A DNA stretch of 54,565 nucleotides from positions 1 through 54,565 of the forward strand of contig JBHPEA010000002.1 of NCBI GenBank assembly GCA_042577505.1. The letters are read 5' to 3'. Under the pieces are notes generated by a model, which did no database searches, had not been told where the DNA came from, and saw nothing but the letters and a program-made list of their open reading frames with translations. The stretch comes from Nanobdellota archaeon. GTDB taxonomy: Archaea; Nanobdellota; Nanobdellia; Woesearchaeales; JACQSR01. The translations under genes were made by a program, and so were the position numbers. This document shows positions 30,377 to 39,834 of this stretch, piece after piece; positions within the stretch are counted from its first letter, which is position 1, and each line of letters starts with the position of its first letter.

Positions 30377-31048
30377 CTATTCAAAATATATCAATTCGTA
30401 ATCGCCATTATATCCAAATTCATTGAACAACCACTCCCAAGACTCTTTGTCATAGAAAGATTGACAAGTTAACGCCCAACATTGAAGATTAAATTGTTCT
30501 TCATCATTCCTATAACTTTCAACTACTAGATATTTATTCTTCCCTACTCTATCCATCTCTTGAAGAGCGCTCTTCAATCCGTCGATCTTTAAATTATGCA
30601 AAGTAGTAATAGAAAACACAAGATCAAACTCGTTGTCCTCAAATGGAAACTTATCCTCTGCCTTATGAACGAACAAACCTTCTTTTACTTCTTCTTTCGC
30701 ATTTTGAATAGCATATTCTGAAATATCAAATCCTGCTATCTTAGCATCAGGTAATAACTTCTTAAATTCAAATAAAAGGAATGCTTTTCCACATCCTACG
30801 TCAAGAATCTTAGCGTCGTTTTTTAAACCATATTTTTCAATTAATTTCCTAGCAACAACTTCATATCTACCATCGTATTTATATCCACCATATCCATAAC
30901 GTCTATCTCCATCCCAGAAATCGTGACCATACTCTTTAGCAACTTTCATACACTGGACCTTATCATCACACATCCTATCTATATACCCTCTTTTCGCTTT
31001 CTTATGCAATGGTGTAATAACTTCCAGTTGTTTTCCCAATATAAACAC
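30377..31048 (-). CDS. Class I SAM-dependent methyltransferase
   Basis: ILDVGCGKAFLLFEF motif I and the DGDRRYGYGGYKYDGR segment, common in O-antigen-type methyltransferases. Confidence 0.85.
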   Translation of the reverse strand: MFILGKQLEVITPLHKKAKRGYIDRMCDDKVQCMKVAKEYGHDFWDGDRRYGYGGYKYDGRYEVVARKLIEKYGLKNDAKILDVGCGKAFLLFEFKKLLPDAKIAGFDISEYAIQNAKEEVKEGLFVHKAEDKFPFEDNEFDLVFSITTLHNLKIDGLKSALQEMDRVGKNKYLVVESYRNDEEQFNLQCWALTCQSFYDKESWEWLFNEFGYNGDYELIYFE

Positions 31049-31083
31049 CCCTAAAACGTGGATAGAATACCCTTTTTTAAAGT

Positions 31084-31938
31084 TTATTCTTTATTCTCAA
31101 TGGATTTTTTAAAGCTTTGAAGCATATCTAACATAGTGGGTGTAGATTTGATTCCCAACACCTTCAACATTTTTGAGTTATTTAGTGAGGTATCTTTAGG
31201 TCTTTTTACATCACCGCACACACTCGTAATAGATGATTGTTTAACCAGATTTTCATCAAATCCAAACTCCTTTGCTACTAACTTAACAAAATCAAACTTA
31301 GCTAATTTCTCTGAACTTGCACAATTCATAATACCTCTCTGATCCCTCTCATACAAATCTATGATATATTTGGATAACGTACCAACAAATAATGGACAAA
31401 ACTTTGCATCTACAAAACCATTGAACTCCTTACCCTCAGAAAGAGTTTTTATTACGTTATCTACAAAGCTCAATTTATTAGATACGAAATTTCTTCCAAA
31501 CATGTTAGTTCTTAATAACAATGAGTCTTCATTTGCTTTCAAACATTCCTCTTCCCCTTTAACTTTAGTCTCTCCATAGACATGGAGTGGATTTGGGACA
31601 TCTGATTCAGAATAATCACCTTTTTCACCATCAAATATCGAATCAGTTGAAATGTAAATCAATTTACAATTCGCCTTCTTAGATAACCGAGCAATATTTC
31701 TTGTCCCAATTACATTTGTTTCAAAAGATTCAGATTGATGAGCTTCACAATAACTAATATTTGTTAATGCTCCACAATGAACAATCAAATCTGGATTTAT
31801 CTCCTCTAATGAAGATACCCGAGTACTATCCTTAAGATCGATTTTAAGATTCTTTACACCATTGAAATCGATTTTATGTGTGTTGTATAAGCAGAAAAGT
31901 TCATAATCAGGTCGCTCTCTTCTCAAATAATCAACCAA
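31084..31938 (-). CDS. dTDP-4-dehydrorhamnose reductase-like SDR (RfbD-like); the reading frame with the Rossmann motif continues upstream of the TTG start to about 31977-31995
   Basis: RmlD-like pattern (YISTDSIFDG, YGETKVKGE). The same frame upstream encodes KIIITGASGLLGSTL, with no in-frame ATG/GTG/TTG back to the stop at 32044-32046. Confidence 0.7.
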   Translation of the reverse strand: MVDYLRRERPDYELFCLYNTHKIDFNGVKNLKIDLKDSTRVSSLEEINPDLIVHCGALTNISYCEAHQSESFETNVIGTRNIARLSKKANCKLIYISTDSIFDGEKGDYSESDVPNPLHVYGETKVKGEEECLKANEDSLLLRTNMFGRNFVSNKLSFVDNVIKTLSEGKEFNGFVDAKFCPLFVGTLSKYIIDLYERDQRGIMNCASSEKLAKFDFVKLVAKEFGFDENLVKQSSITSVCGDVKRPKDTSLNNSKMLKVLGIKSTPTMLDMLQSFKKSIENKE

Positions 31939-31990
31939 AGTGCTCCCAAGTAATCCGCTTGCTCCGGTGATGATTATTTTCGATTGTTCA

Positions 31991-32980
31991 CTAATTTTTA
32001 TCCAACTCCTGCATCCTCTTAATGTTATAATAGAGAGGATTATTTAGTCCGTCAACAATTAAACCATCGTTATAAGCATCCACAATACTCTTTATCGCAT
32101 CCTGAATATCATACTTTGTTTCAAATCCCAACACGTTTTTAATTTTATCTGAATTTATGTGGTAGGATCTATTATCATTTGTTGGTTCGACAACAAACTC
32201 CACCTCTGGATTGCCATACACCTCTTTCACAAGTTCAGCAATTCTTCTTATCGATAGATTTTGATAGCCTGCATTAAATGTTTGATGATCCACTTTTTCT
32301 TTAGGGGCTTCAAGAACTGCTTGATAAATCCGAACCATATCTTTAATATTGATATTTGGCCTTAATTGATCCCCTCCAAATATTCGTATCTTCTTATTTA
32401 TGAGTGCATTTATAGTCAAAATATTAACAGAAAGATCCAACCTTAATCTTGGGGCATAACCACAAACAGTAGCTGGTCTAATAATTGTCCATTCCATATC
32501 TGAATTTAGTTTTGCAAGCTCCCTTTCACACTCGACTTTAAACTTAGAGTAATCTGTTAAAGGTTCTAATGAAAAGTCTTCAGTAACATTACTCTCCTCC
32601 TTTATTCCATACACGCTCGATGAACTAGCGTAGATGAATCTCTTAGCATTATTTACTTTTGCAGCTTCCAACACATTAAAAAACCCATCATAATTGATAG
32701 ATTTACCAAGATCGGGATTGAGCTCGTAACTTGGGTCATTTGATATGCAAGCTAAGTGAATGACAGCATCACATCCCTTTGCAGATTCAACAATTTTTTC
32801 TTTATCTCTAAGATCTCCTTTTACCTCAGTCAATTTGTCAGACTTAATATCCTTAAATACATCCCCATAAATATACCAATCATATACTACAACTTCATAA
32901 CCTTGTTCCAACAACTTTGGGACTAGTGCACTTCCTACATACCCCGCTCCCCCTGTAATAAAGATTTTATTAAACTGCAT
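31991..32980 (-). CDS. NAD-dependent epimerase/dehydratase (extended SDR)
   Basis: ITGGAGYVGS Rossmann motif and YSKFK catalytic YxxxK. It is a paralogue of the C-terminal half of 43327-44700. Confidence 0.85.
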   Translation of the reverse strand: MQFNKIFITGGAGYVGSALVPKLLEQGYEVVVYDWYIYGDVFKDIKSDKLTEVKGDLRDKEKIVESAKGCDAVIHLACISNDPSYELNPDLGKSINYDGFFNVLEAAKVNNAKRFIYASSSSVYGIKEESNVTEDFSLEPLTDYSKFKVECERELAKLNSDMEWTIIRPATVCGYAPRLRLDLSVNILTINALINKKIRIFGGDQLRPNINIKDMVRIYQAVLEAPKEKVDHQTFNAGYQNLSIRRIAELVKEVYGNPEVEFVVEPTNDNRSYHINSDKIKNVLGFETKYDIQDAIKSIVDAYNDGLIVDGLNNPLYYNIKRMQELDKN

Positions 32981-32981
32981 T

Positions 32982-34028
32982 TCATTTCCCTCCTGAAAGA
33001 TACTTAAACCATCCTTTTGTCGCTTCTGCTATAGAACCCTCGTCCCATACAGGTGCCGACCTCCAATTTTCAATGTGATCTAACATAATTTTGACACCTT
33101 CCTCAAATTTTACTTTAGCTTCCCACCCTAATTTACTTTTAATTTTTGTGATATCAGCAAACGTCTTATCTGGTTCTCCTGGACGTTTTGGAATATTAAT
33201 TTTATCCCCTCCCAACAATTCACATAATAAATTTACGCTGTAACAATCTCCAGATCCAACATTAAATATTTCACCATCAACATCAGACTCTGCAGCTTTA
33301 ACAAAAGCATCAGCAACATCGCTAACAAATGTAAAATCTCGAGATTGGTTTCCGTCTCCAACAACTGTAAAAGGTTTTCCTGCCAATTTTTGTGCTAAAA
33401 ATACACCAAAAACAGCACCATACGTTCCTGAAGTTCTTGATCTAGGACCATACACATTAAACAATCTCAAAGATACAACTGGCAGTTTATACACTTTACC
33501 CCAATGTATTACACATTCCTCTCCCAAATATTTTGTCAACGCATATGGGTATTCAGGATTAATTTCAGAACTTTCGGGAGTTGGATATTTATCTGGAATT
33601 CCATAACATGATGATGAAGCAGTATAAACAAATTTCTTCACATTGTTTCTTCTCGAAGCTTCAAGAACTGCTACTGTTCCAGTTACATTTGAATTGTAAT
33701 ATTTATTTGGATCCTCAATTGAAGGAACGATATCAGCTAAAGCGGCCAAATGAAAAACATATTCAACATCCTTAAAATGTTGTTCAATAACATTAAAATC
33801 AGAAACATCAACATTATGAACGGTTAAATTCTGATTCTCTTTCTGATGTGAAAGGTTTTCCTCTCTTCCATTTGAGAAATTATCAAGAACAATTACTTCG
33901 TAACCCTCTGATAGCAACCTATCTACCAAATGAGATCCTATAAATCCAGCGCCCCCTGTTACTAACACCCTTTTTGACATTGTCGCTATATATCTAGTAG
34001 ACCATCTAAAAGTTTTTAAAAGGCCCAA
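32982..34028 (-). CDS. NAD-dependent nucleotide-sugar epimerase/dehydratase (GalE/WbpP/UXS-like); likely start is the ATG at 33980
   Basis: VTGGAGFIGSHLV, YALTK and LRLFNVYGPR. The track start at 34028 is TTG; the ATG at 33980 gives MSKRVLVTGGAG. Confidence 0.85.
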   Translation of the reverse strand: MGLLKTFRWSTRYIATMSKRVLVTGGAGFIGSHLVDRLLSEGYEVIVLDNFSNGREENLSHQKENQNLTVHNVDVSDFNVIEQHFKDVEYVFHLAALADIVPSIEDPNKYYNSNVTGTVAVLEASRRNNVKKFVYTASSSCYGIPDKYPTPESSEINPEYPYALTKYLGEECVIHWGKVYKLPVVSLRLFNVYGPRSRTSGTYGAVFGVFLAQKLAGKPFTVVGDGNQSRDFTFVSDVADAFVKAAESDVDGEIFNVGSGDCYSVNLLCELLGGDKINIPKRPGEPDKTFADITKIKSKLGWEAKVKFEEGVKIMLDHIENWRSAPVWDEGSIAEATKGWFKYLSGGK

Positions 34029-34093
34029 AACTCTTTAAAAACGAAGATTTTACCACATATATAAACTTTACTTAAATACAAAGAGGTGTTGAA

Positions 34094-35191
34094 ATGAAAG
34101 TACCCTTTTCATATCTTGAAAGACAATTTAATGATATAGATCCAATTCTAGCTAAAATTAAAGAACTTGTTCAAACTGCTGATTTTACATTAGGCAAAGA
34201 CCTAGAAACATTTGAACATGGATTTGCCAATATTTGCAACACAAAACATGCTATAGGGGTCGGAACAGGTACTGACGCTTTAATTCTTAGCCTTAAGGCA
34301 CTTGGTATTGGACCTGGAGATGAAGTAATAACAGTTCCAAATACATTCTATGCCACTGTAGGGGCTATTGATGCCGTTGGAGCCAAACCAGTTTTCGTTG
34401 ATTCAAACGACTTTCATGTAATTAATGAAGACCTTATAGAGAATGCTATCACACCAAAAACAAAAGCCATTCTTCCTGTTCACCTTTATGGATGCCCTGC
34501 TTATATGCCAAAAATTCTTGAAATTGCAAAAAATCATAACCTAAAAGTTGTTGAAGACTCTTGTCAAGCTATTAGCGCAGAGATTGATGGGAAGAGAACA
34601 GGTTCATTCGGTGATGCAGGTGGATTTTCTCTCCATCCTTTAAAAAATTTAAATGTCTGGGGCGATGGAGGAATCATTGTAACAAATTCAGATGAATTAA
34701 ATGATAAATTGAGGAAAATCAGAAATCATGGTCTTGTTAATAGAGATGAATGTGAATTCTGGGGTATAAACTGTAGACTTGATTCACTCCAGGCTGTTGT
34801 TGGTAACCATCTTATGAAAGATACAGACTTTATCACCAACGAAAGGATTAAAAATGCCCAATTTTATGACTCAGAGCTCTCAACAATACCTCAAATCACT
34901 ATCCCAATGAGGAGACTAAATGTTCGTCATGTATTCCATACCTATGTTGTAAAAGCTGAAAGAAGAGACGAACTTCTCAATTTCTTGATAGAAAATGGAG
35001 TTGAAGCCAAAGTACATTATCCAATTCCTATGCATCTTCAAATGGCAGCAAAAGATTTGGGATATAAAAAAGGAGACTTCCCTGTCGCAGAAGCCCAATC
35101 AGAATCAATCATAACACTTCCACATCATCAACATTTAACTGCGGAAGAAAAAGAATATGTAGTTACAAAGATAAAGGAGTTTTATAAATGA
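34094..35191 (+). CDS. DegT/DnrJ/EryC1/StrS-family PLP-dependent sugar aminotransferase
   Basis: GTDALILSLKALGIGPGDEVI, FSLHPLKNL (the PLP lysine region) and a C-terminal HYP.P.H motif. Confidence 0.9.
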   Translation: MKVPFSYLERQFNDIDPILAKIKELVQTADFTLGKDLETFEHGFANICNTKHAIGVGTGTDALILSLKALGIGPGDEVITVPNTFYATVGAIDAVGAKPVFVDSNDFHVINEDLIENAITPKTKAILPVHLYGCPAYMPKILEIAKNHNLKVVEDSCQAISAEIDGKRTGSFGDAGGFSLHPLKNLNVWGDGGIIVTNSDELNDKLRKIRNHGLVNRDECEFWGINCRLDSLQAVVGNHLMKDTDFITNERIKNAQFYDSELSTIPQITIPMRRLNVRHVFHTYVVKAERRDELLNFLIENGVEAKVHYPIPMHLQMAAKDLGYKKGDFPVAEAQSESIITLPHHQHLTAEEKEYVVTKIKEFYK

Positions 35192-36294
35192 AAGTTAAAT
35201 ATGTAGACATACCACTCCAGTATCAAAATCTCAAATCCGAACTACTCCCTAAAATTGAAAGTGTACTAGAATCCGGACATTTCGTTTTCGGACCCCTTCT
35301 GGAATCATTAGAAAAAAGATTTGCATCCCATTGTTCAACAAAATATGCAATAGGTGTAGCAAATGGTACTGATGCGTTATTTCTCTCGCTAAAAGCACTT
35401 GGAATAGGAACTGGGGATGAGGTAATAACAGCTCCAAACTCCTTTATCTCAACTGCAGCAGCAATTGCCCACACTGGTGCAAAACCTGTCTTTGCTGATG
35501 TAAGAGAAGATTTTAATCTCGATCCCTCAAAAATTGAAAACGCTATTACAGACAAAACTAAAGCAATCATGCCAGTGCACCTAACAGGCAGACTTTCAGA
35601 TATGGATCCGATCATTGATATTGCAAATAAACATAACCTTGAAATTATTGAAGACTCAGCTCAGGCATTTGGAGCAAAATATAATGGAAAAATGGCTGGA
35701 TCATTTGGAATAACTGGCTGCTTTTCTCTCCATCCCCTAAAAAACCTTAACGCATATGGTGATGGGGGGATTATAACTACCTCAAATGATGATATTTATA
35801 ACAAACTAATTGAGCTTAGGAATCACGGTCTTGTCAATAGGGACGAATGCAAAAATTGGGCTTTTAATTCACGTCTTGATGCAATTCAGGCCACCATTGT
35901 TGATAGCAAATTAGATCATATAGGTGAATGGAATAAAAAGATTAAAGAGATTGCATCAATATATAGAGAAGAACTTCAAGATACTGTAACAGTTCCAAAA
36001 GACAAACCCCATGAAGATCCTGTTTATCATACATTCATAATTCAACATAACAAAAGAAATGAACTCCAACAACATCTTCTAAACCAAGGAGTTGAAACAA
36101 AAATCCACTACCCAATTCCAATTCACCTTCAAAACGCTGCTAGCTATCTTGGTTACAAAAAAGGAGATTTCCCTGTTTGTGAATCTCAGGCAGAGAGGAT
36201 ATTAAGTCTTCCAATATACCCTGAATTAACAATGGATCAAGTTAAATATGTTATCAATGAAATAAAATCGTTCGATAATAATAAACAAGTTTAA
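35188..36294 (+). CDS. DegT-family sugar aminotransferase (tandem paralogue)
   Basis: Same motif set as the preceding gene (GTDALFLSLKALGIGTGDEVI, FSLHPLKNL), with a 4-nt overlap. Confidence 0.9.
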   Translation: MKVKYVDIPLQYQNLKSELLPKIESVLESGHFVFGPLLESLEKRFASHCSTKYAIGVANGTDALFLSLKALGIGTGDEVITAPNSFISTAAAIAHTGAKPVFADVREDFNLDPSKIENAITDKTKAIMPVHLTGRLSDMDPIIDIANKHNLEIIEDSAQAFGAKYNGKMAGSFGITGCFSLHPLKNLNAYGDGGIITTSNDDIYNKLIELRNHGLVNRDECKNWAFNSRLDAIQATIVDSKLDHIGEWNKKIKEIASIYREELQDTVTVPKDKPHEDPVYHTFIIQHNKRNELQQHLLNQGVETKIHYPIPIHLQNAASYLGYKKGDFPVCESQAERILSLPIYPELTMDQVKYVINEIKSFDNNKQV

Positions 36295-36320
36295 AAATTT
36301 TCAAAATATACCCTATCAAA

Positions 36321-37364
36321 ATGCAAGAATACATCAATTCAATAAAAAAAACGATTTCTGTAGATGAAATACAATCACTTCTAGAAAGTTTCAAGGACCT
36401 AAAAGTCCTTGTAATTGGTGATACTATTATTGATCATTATTTCTTTACCCATCTAAAAGGTCGTGCAACTAAAGATCCTATCTTATCAGTTGAGTACAAG
36501 TATGATGAGGTGTATGCAGGTGGAATTCTAGCAATAGCTAATCACCTAAGTGACTTTGTTAGTTCAATAACCTTGGTAACGTTAATTGGCGACCAAAGAA
36601 ATAAACTCGATTTCATCCAATCTGCTCTAAAAAGTAACATAAAACCTAAATTATTCACAAAAAAGGATTCCCCTACAACCGTAAAAAAAAGATATGTCAA
36701 TCAGAGCCGTGGCACAAAATTATTCAAAGTTGAATATATTAACGATCGGCCTATTGATGATACACTTTCTAATGAGATTTTACAATATTTAGATCAAGAA
36801 TTACCTAAAGCAGATCTCGTAATAATTGGCGATTTTGGTCATGGTTTCATAAATCCTCAAATTAGAAAAAAACTTGAGCAAAGTTCAAAGTTTCTTTCAG
36901 CAAATGTTCAATCAAATAGCGCAAATATGGGTTATAATTACTTTAGCTCATATGAAAAACTTGATTTTCTCACATTAAAAGAAGAGGAACTTCGCTTACC
37001 ACTTAGAATGAGGTATGAAAAAATAAATGAGGTCATAGATGAATCATATAAGAAATATAATTTTAAAAAATTCTCAGTAACACTCGGTCAAGGAGGTTCA
37101 ATACATATTAAAGATGGCACACAGTTTTTTGCACCGATTCTAACTACAAATGTGAAGGATACTATTGGTGCTGGAGATGCTCTTTTTTCAATAACCTCTC
37201 TTTTAGCATACAAAAACTCAGATCCAAGATTACTTGCATTTATGGGGAACGTATCAGCAGGAATAGCTGTGAATATTGTTGGTAATAAAGAGAGTGTTAC
37301 AAAAGAGAAAATTATGAACTTTGTAAAGGGTGTTTATAATGAAATGGGACCAATACAAAAGTAA
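36321..37364 (+). CDS. PfkB-family sugar kinase, HldE-domain-I/HldA-like (heptose-7-phosphate kinase candidate)
   Basis: VLVIGDTIIDHY N-terminus, GAGDALFS near the C-terminus, and its position next to gmhA. Confidence 0.65.
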   Translation: MQEYINSIKKTISVDEIQSLLESFKDLKVLVIGDTIIDHYFFTHLKGRATKDPILSVEYKYDEVYAGGILAIANHLSDFVSSITLVTLIGDQRNKLDFIQSALKSNIKPKLFTKKDSPTTVKKRYVNQSRGTKLFKVEYINDRPIDDTLSNEILQYLDQELPKADLVIIGDFGHGFINPQIRKKLEQSSKFLSANVQSNSANMGYNYFSSYEKLDFLTLKEEELRLPLRMRYEKINEVIDESYKKYNFKKFSVTLGQGGSIHIKDGTQFFAPILTTNVKDTIGAGDALFSITSLLAYKNSDPRLLAFMGNVSAGIAVNIVGNKESVTKEKIMNFVKGVYNEMGPIQK

Positions 37365-37893
37365 AATTAATTCGGGTTTAGAAAACTTCAGATTCGATGA
37401 AGAAATTTTAAGCATTTTAAAGAAATCCAAGGAACTAAATCAAAAAATATTCATTGCCGGAAATGGAGGAAGTGCTTCTATAGCTTCTCATTACGTTTGT
37501 GATCTGTCCAAAGGAGCCTCTAAAAATTGGGAATCAAACCTTAAACGTTATCAAGCAATTTGCCTTTCAAGTAATATAGGTTACATAACTGCAATCTCCA
37601 ATGATAAAGATTTCAACGAAGTTTTCAAACAACAATTAATTAATCTTGCAAATCCAGACGATATCTTAATTTTAATCTCTAGCTCAGGAAATAGCCCCAA
37701 TATAATTAAGGCAGCCGAATGGGCAAAAGAGAATAATCTTACCGTCATTGGTGTTACTGGATTTAATGGTGGTAAACTAAAACAAATTTGTGACTATTCC
37801 GCTCACATTAATAGCGACTATTATGAAGTTTGTGAGGACATACACCATATCTTTGGCCAGTTTTTAGCATGTCATTTAAGAGAAGAAGAATAA
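37330..37893 (+). CDS. gmhA: Sedoheptulose-7-phosphate isomerase (phosphoheptose isomerase); likely start is the ATG at 37339
   Basis: SIS domain with GNGGSASIASHYVCDL and SSSGNSPNII, about 185 aa. Confidence 0.85.
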   Translation: MFIMKWDQYKSKINSGLENFRFDEEILSILKKSKELNQKIFIAGNGGSASIASHYVCDLSKGASKNWESNLKRYQAICLSSNIGYITAISNDKDFNEVFKQQLINLANPDDILILISSSGNSPNIIKAAEWAKENNLTVIGVTGFNGGKLKQICDYSAHINSDYYEVCEDIHHIFGQFLACHLREEE

Positions 37894-37894
37894 A

Positions 37895-39778
37895 CTACCA
37901 TCTACCAAGATATAAAGTTCTTTGATTCCTATATGTTATCGATTCAGGAGGAGTTAGATTTTCTCTTATCTTCTTATTAATGGCTCGGAGAGATTCAGAT
38001 GTAGTAATTTTATCTTTACATTTCCCTCTAAGATGATCATTGATTCTATATCTCCCTTTACTTTCAAAAAAACTCCTTGAATGTTCAGCACCCTTATGTA
38101 CGAGATACTCTAGATATAGAAGGTTTCTCATAGGGATATAAATTAATGATCTGGGTAATTTTGATATCAGTTTAGAAGAGGAAAGTATATAATTCATAGT
38201 AGTCATAGGTTTTTTCATAACAAAGAATATCTTTTGAAGATTAGAAAACTTGAGCTTTCTTTTTGAATCTACACTACCAGATACCTTTGTTACAGATTTT
38301 TCAGCATTACCAGAATAATAAGTCCTTGTTGCTTCATACCTCATTAGAAAGTCCCAAAAAATCGCTTTTTTAATTGGCTGCCCTGTCAAGTTAACAAAAT
38401 TCATTTTTTCAGTCCCCTTATCAGAAACATAAATTAAATATTTTTCTTCATCTTCAACTGATGTACCTACGACACCCTTCAACTGTGCGTAATCATATAA
38501 TGCTGCACCTGGTAATGGTAAGGCATAGAACGTTTGATAATCCAATGAAGAAGGGGGAGTTCCTCTAATCTTTGCAACATCTCCTAAAAATCTTCCAGTT
38601 TCCTTAATTGTCTCATCTGTTTCCCCTGGCATTCCAAGACAAAAACCTAAAGGAGACCATAAACCAAGATCATGACAATATTCCAATGCTGTCATAATAT
38701 CTTTTTTAACAAACATTTTCTCCATTACTTCGTATATTTTACTACTACCTGTCTCTATTCCATACTTTACAGCAACTAAACCGCGATTTTTGAAATATTC
38801 TAGATCTTCTTTGCTAAAATTTTTACATCTCGCTGCTGCAATGTACCATAACATGTCATATTTCTGCATAATATCTGCAACTCGATATGCATGAGATTTT
38901 GGTAAACCAAAATTCTCACCCGTTATCTCAATAAACTGAACATCGAATCTCTCTTTAAGATCTCTAATATGATTATCCAGCATTTCAACATCAAAAGGGT
39001 GGTAACCTAATGAGAATCTCTGACAAAAAGTACACCTAGCAACACATCCTTTACTCGCAAACAAGTATGCCAGCTTTGGCTTTCTTCCTTCTTCGAAAGT
39101 TTTTTTACAATGCGCAAACCAATCACTATCTTTACCATCTCTAAAATATGCTTCAAATAATTTCTCATTTCCTAAAACTCCCTTCAAATACAAATCATAA
39201 TCTGCAGTCGGATAATCTTCATTGGGCAGAGGCTGGTTGTAACCAGTAAAAATTAACTCCCTACTAGAATTTAAAAAACACAATCCCTTAATTCCTCCTA
39301 ATTTAGAAAAATCGAAAACCCTACCATTCTCAACCACATAATCTAAAAAATCTACAAAAGGTCTTTCTCCATCTCCTAAAACACAAACATCTACTTCGGT
39401 CTTTCTTAAAATTAGGTTTGAACTTACAGCCATATTTCCTCCCAATACAATCCAGGTATCAGGACAAACTGATCTAATAAGTTCAGTAATATGTTTCAGT
39501 TGTTGATAACAATTCGAAACTACTCCACTAATACCAACCACTTTCGGTTGTTTTTCGCTAAAATATGATTTAATTTCTTCATCTTTTGGAAGCAATAAAT
39601 CGAGATCATAAAAATCACCACTATACCCATTTCTTTCCATCATCTTCATGATAGACACTATAGCGATATTTGGAACTCTCTTTAATGCACCTTTATTCCT
39701 ATCAACATCCATATGTTGATATACTGTACAAAGAACAACTGATAAACCTCCCTTCTTCTCTGTGGATACTTCTTCCAT
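37895..39778 (-). CDS. B12-binding-domain radical SAM enzyme (class B-like)
   Basis: N-terminal cobalamin-binding-like Rossmann region, a CVARCTFC (CxxxCxxC) cluster motif and a large C-terminal extension. Confidence 0.8.
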   Translation of the reverse strand: MEEVSTEKKGGLSVVLCTVYQHMDVDRNKGALKRVPNIAIVSIMKMMERNGYSGDFYDLDLLLPKDEEIKSYFSEKQPKVVGISGVVSNCYQQLKHITELIRSVCPDTWIVLGGNMAVSSNLILRKTEVDVCVLGDGERPFVDFLDYVVENGRVFDFSKLGGIKGLCFLNSSRELIFTGYNQPLPNEDYPTADYDLYLKGVLGNEKLFEAYFRDGKDSDWFAHCKKTFEEGRKPKLAYLFASKGCVARCTFCQRFSLGYHPFDVEMLDNHIRDLKERFDVQFIEITGENFGLPKSHAYRVADIMQKYDMLWYIAAARCKNFSKEDLEYFKNRGLVAVKYGIETGSSKIYEVMEKMFVKKDIMTALEYCHDLGLWSPLGFCLGMPGETDETIKETGRFLGDVAKIRGTPPSSLDYQTFYALPLPGAALYDYAQLKGVVGTSVEDEEKYLIYVSDKGTEKMNFVNLTGQPIKKAIFWDFLMRYEATRTYYSGNAEKSVTKVSGSVDSKRKLKFSNLQKIFFVMKKPMTTMNYILSSSKLISKLPRSLIYIPMRNLLYLEYLVHKGAEHSRSFFESKGRYRINDHLRGKCKDKITTSESLRAINKKIRENLTPPESITYRNQRTLYLGRW

Positions 39779-39834
39779 TATAGTTTTTAGTCGTCAAAAC
39801 AAATTTAAATAACTTTCGGAAAACAAAAAATTGA

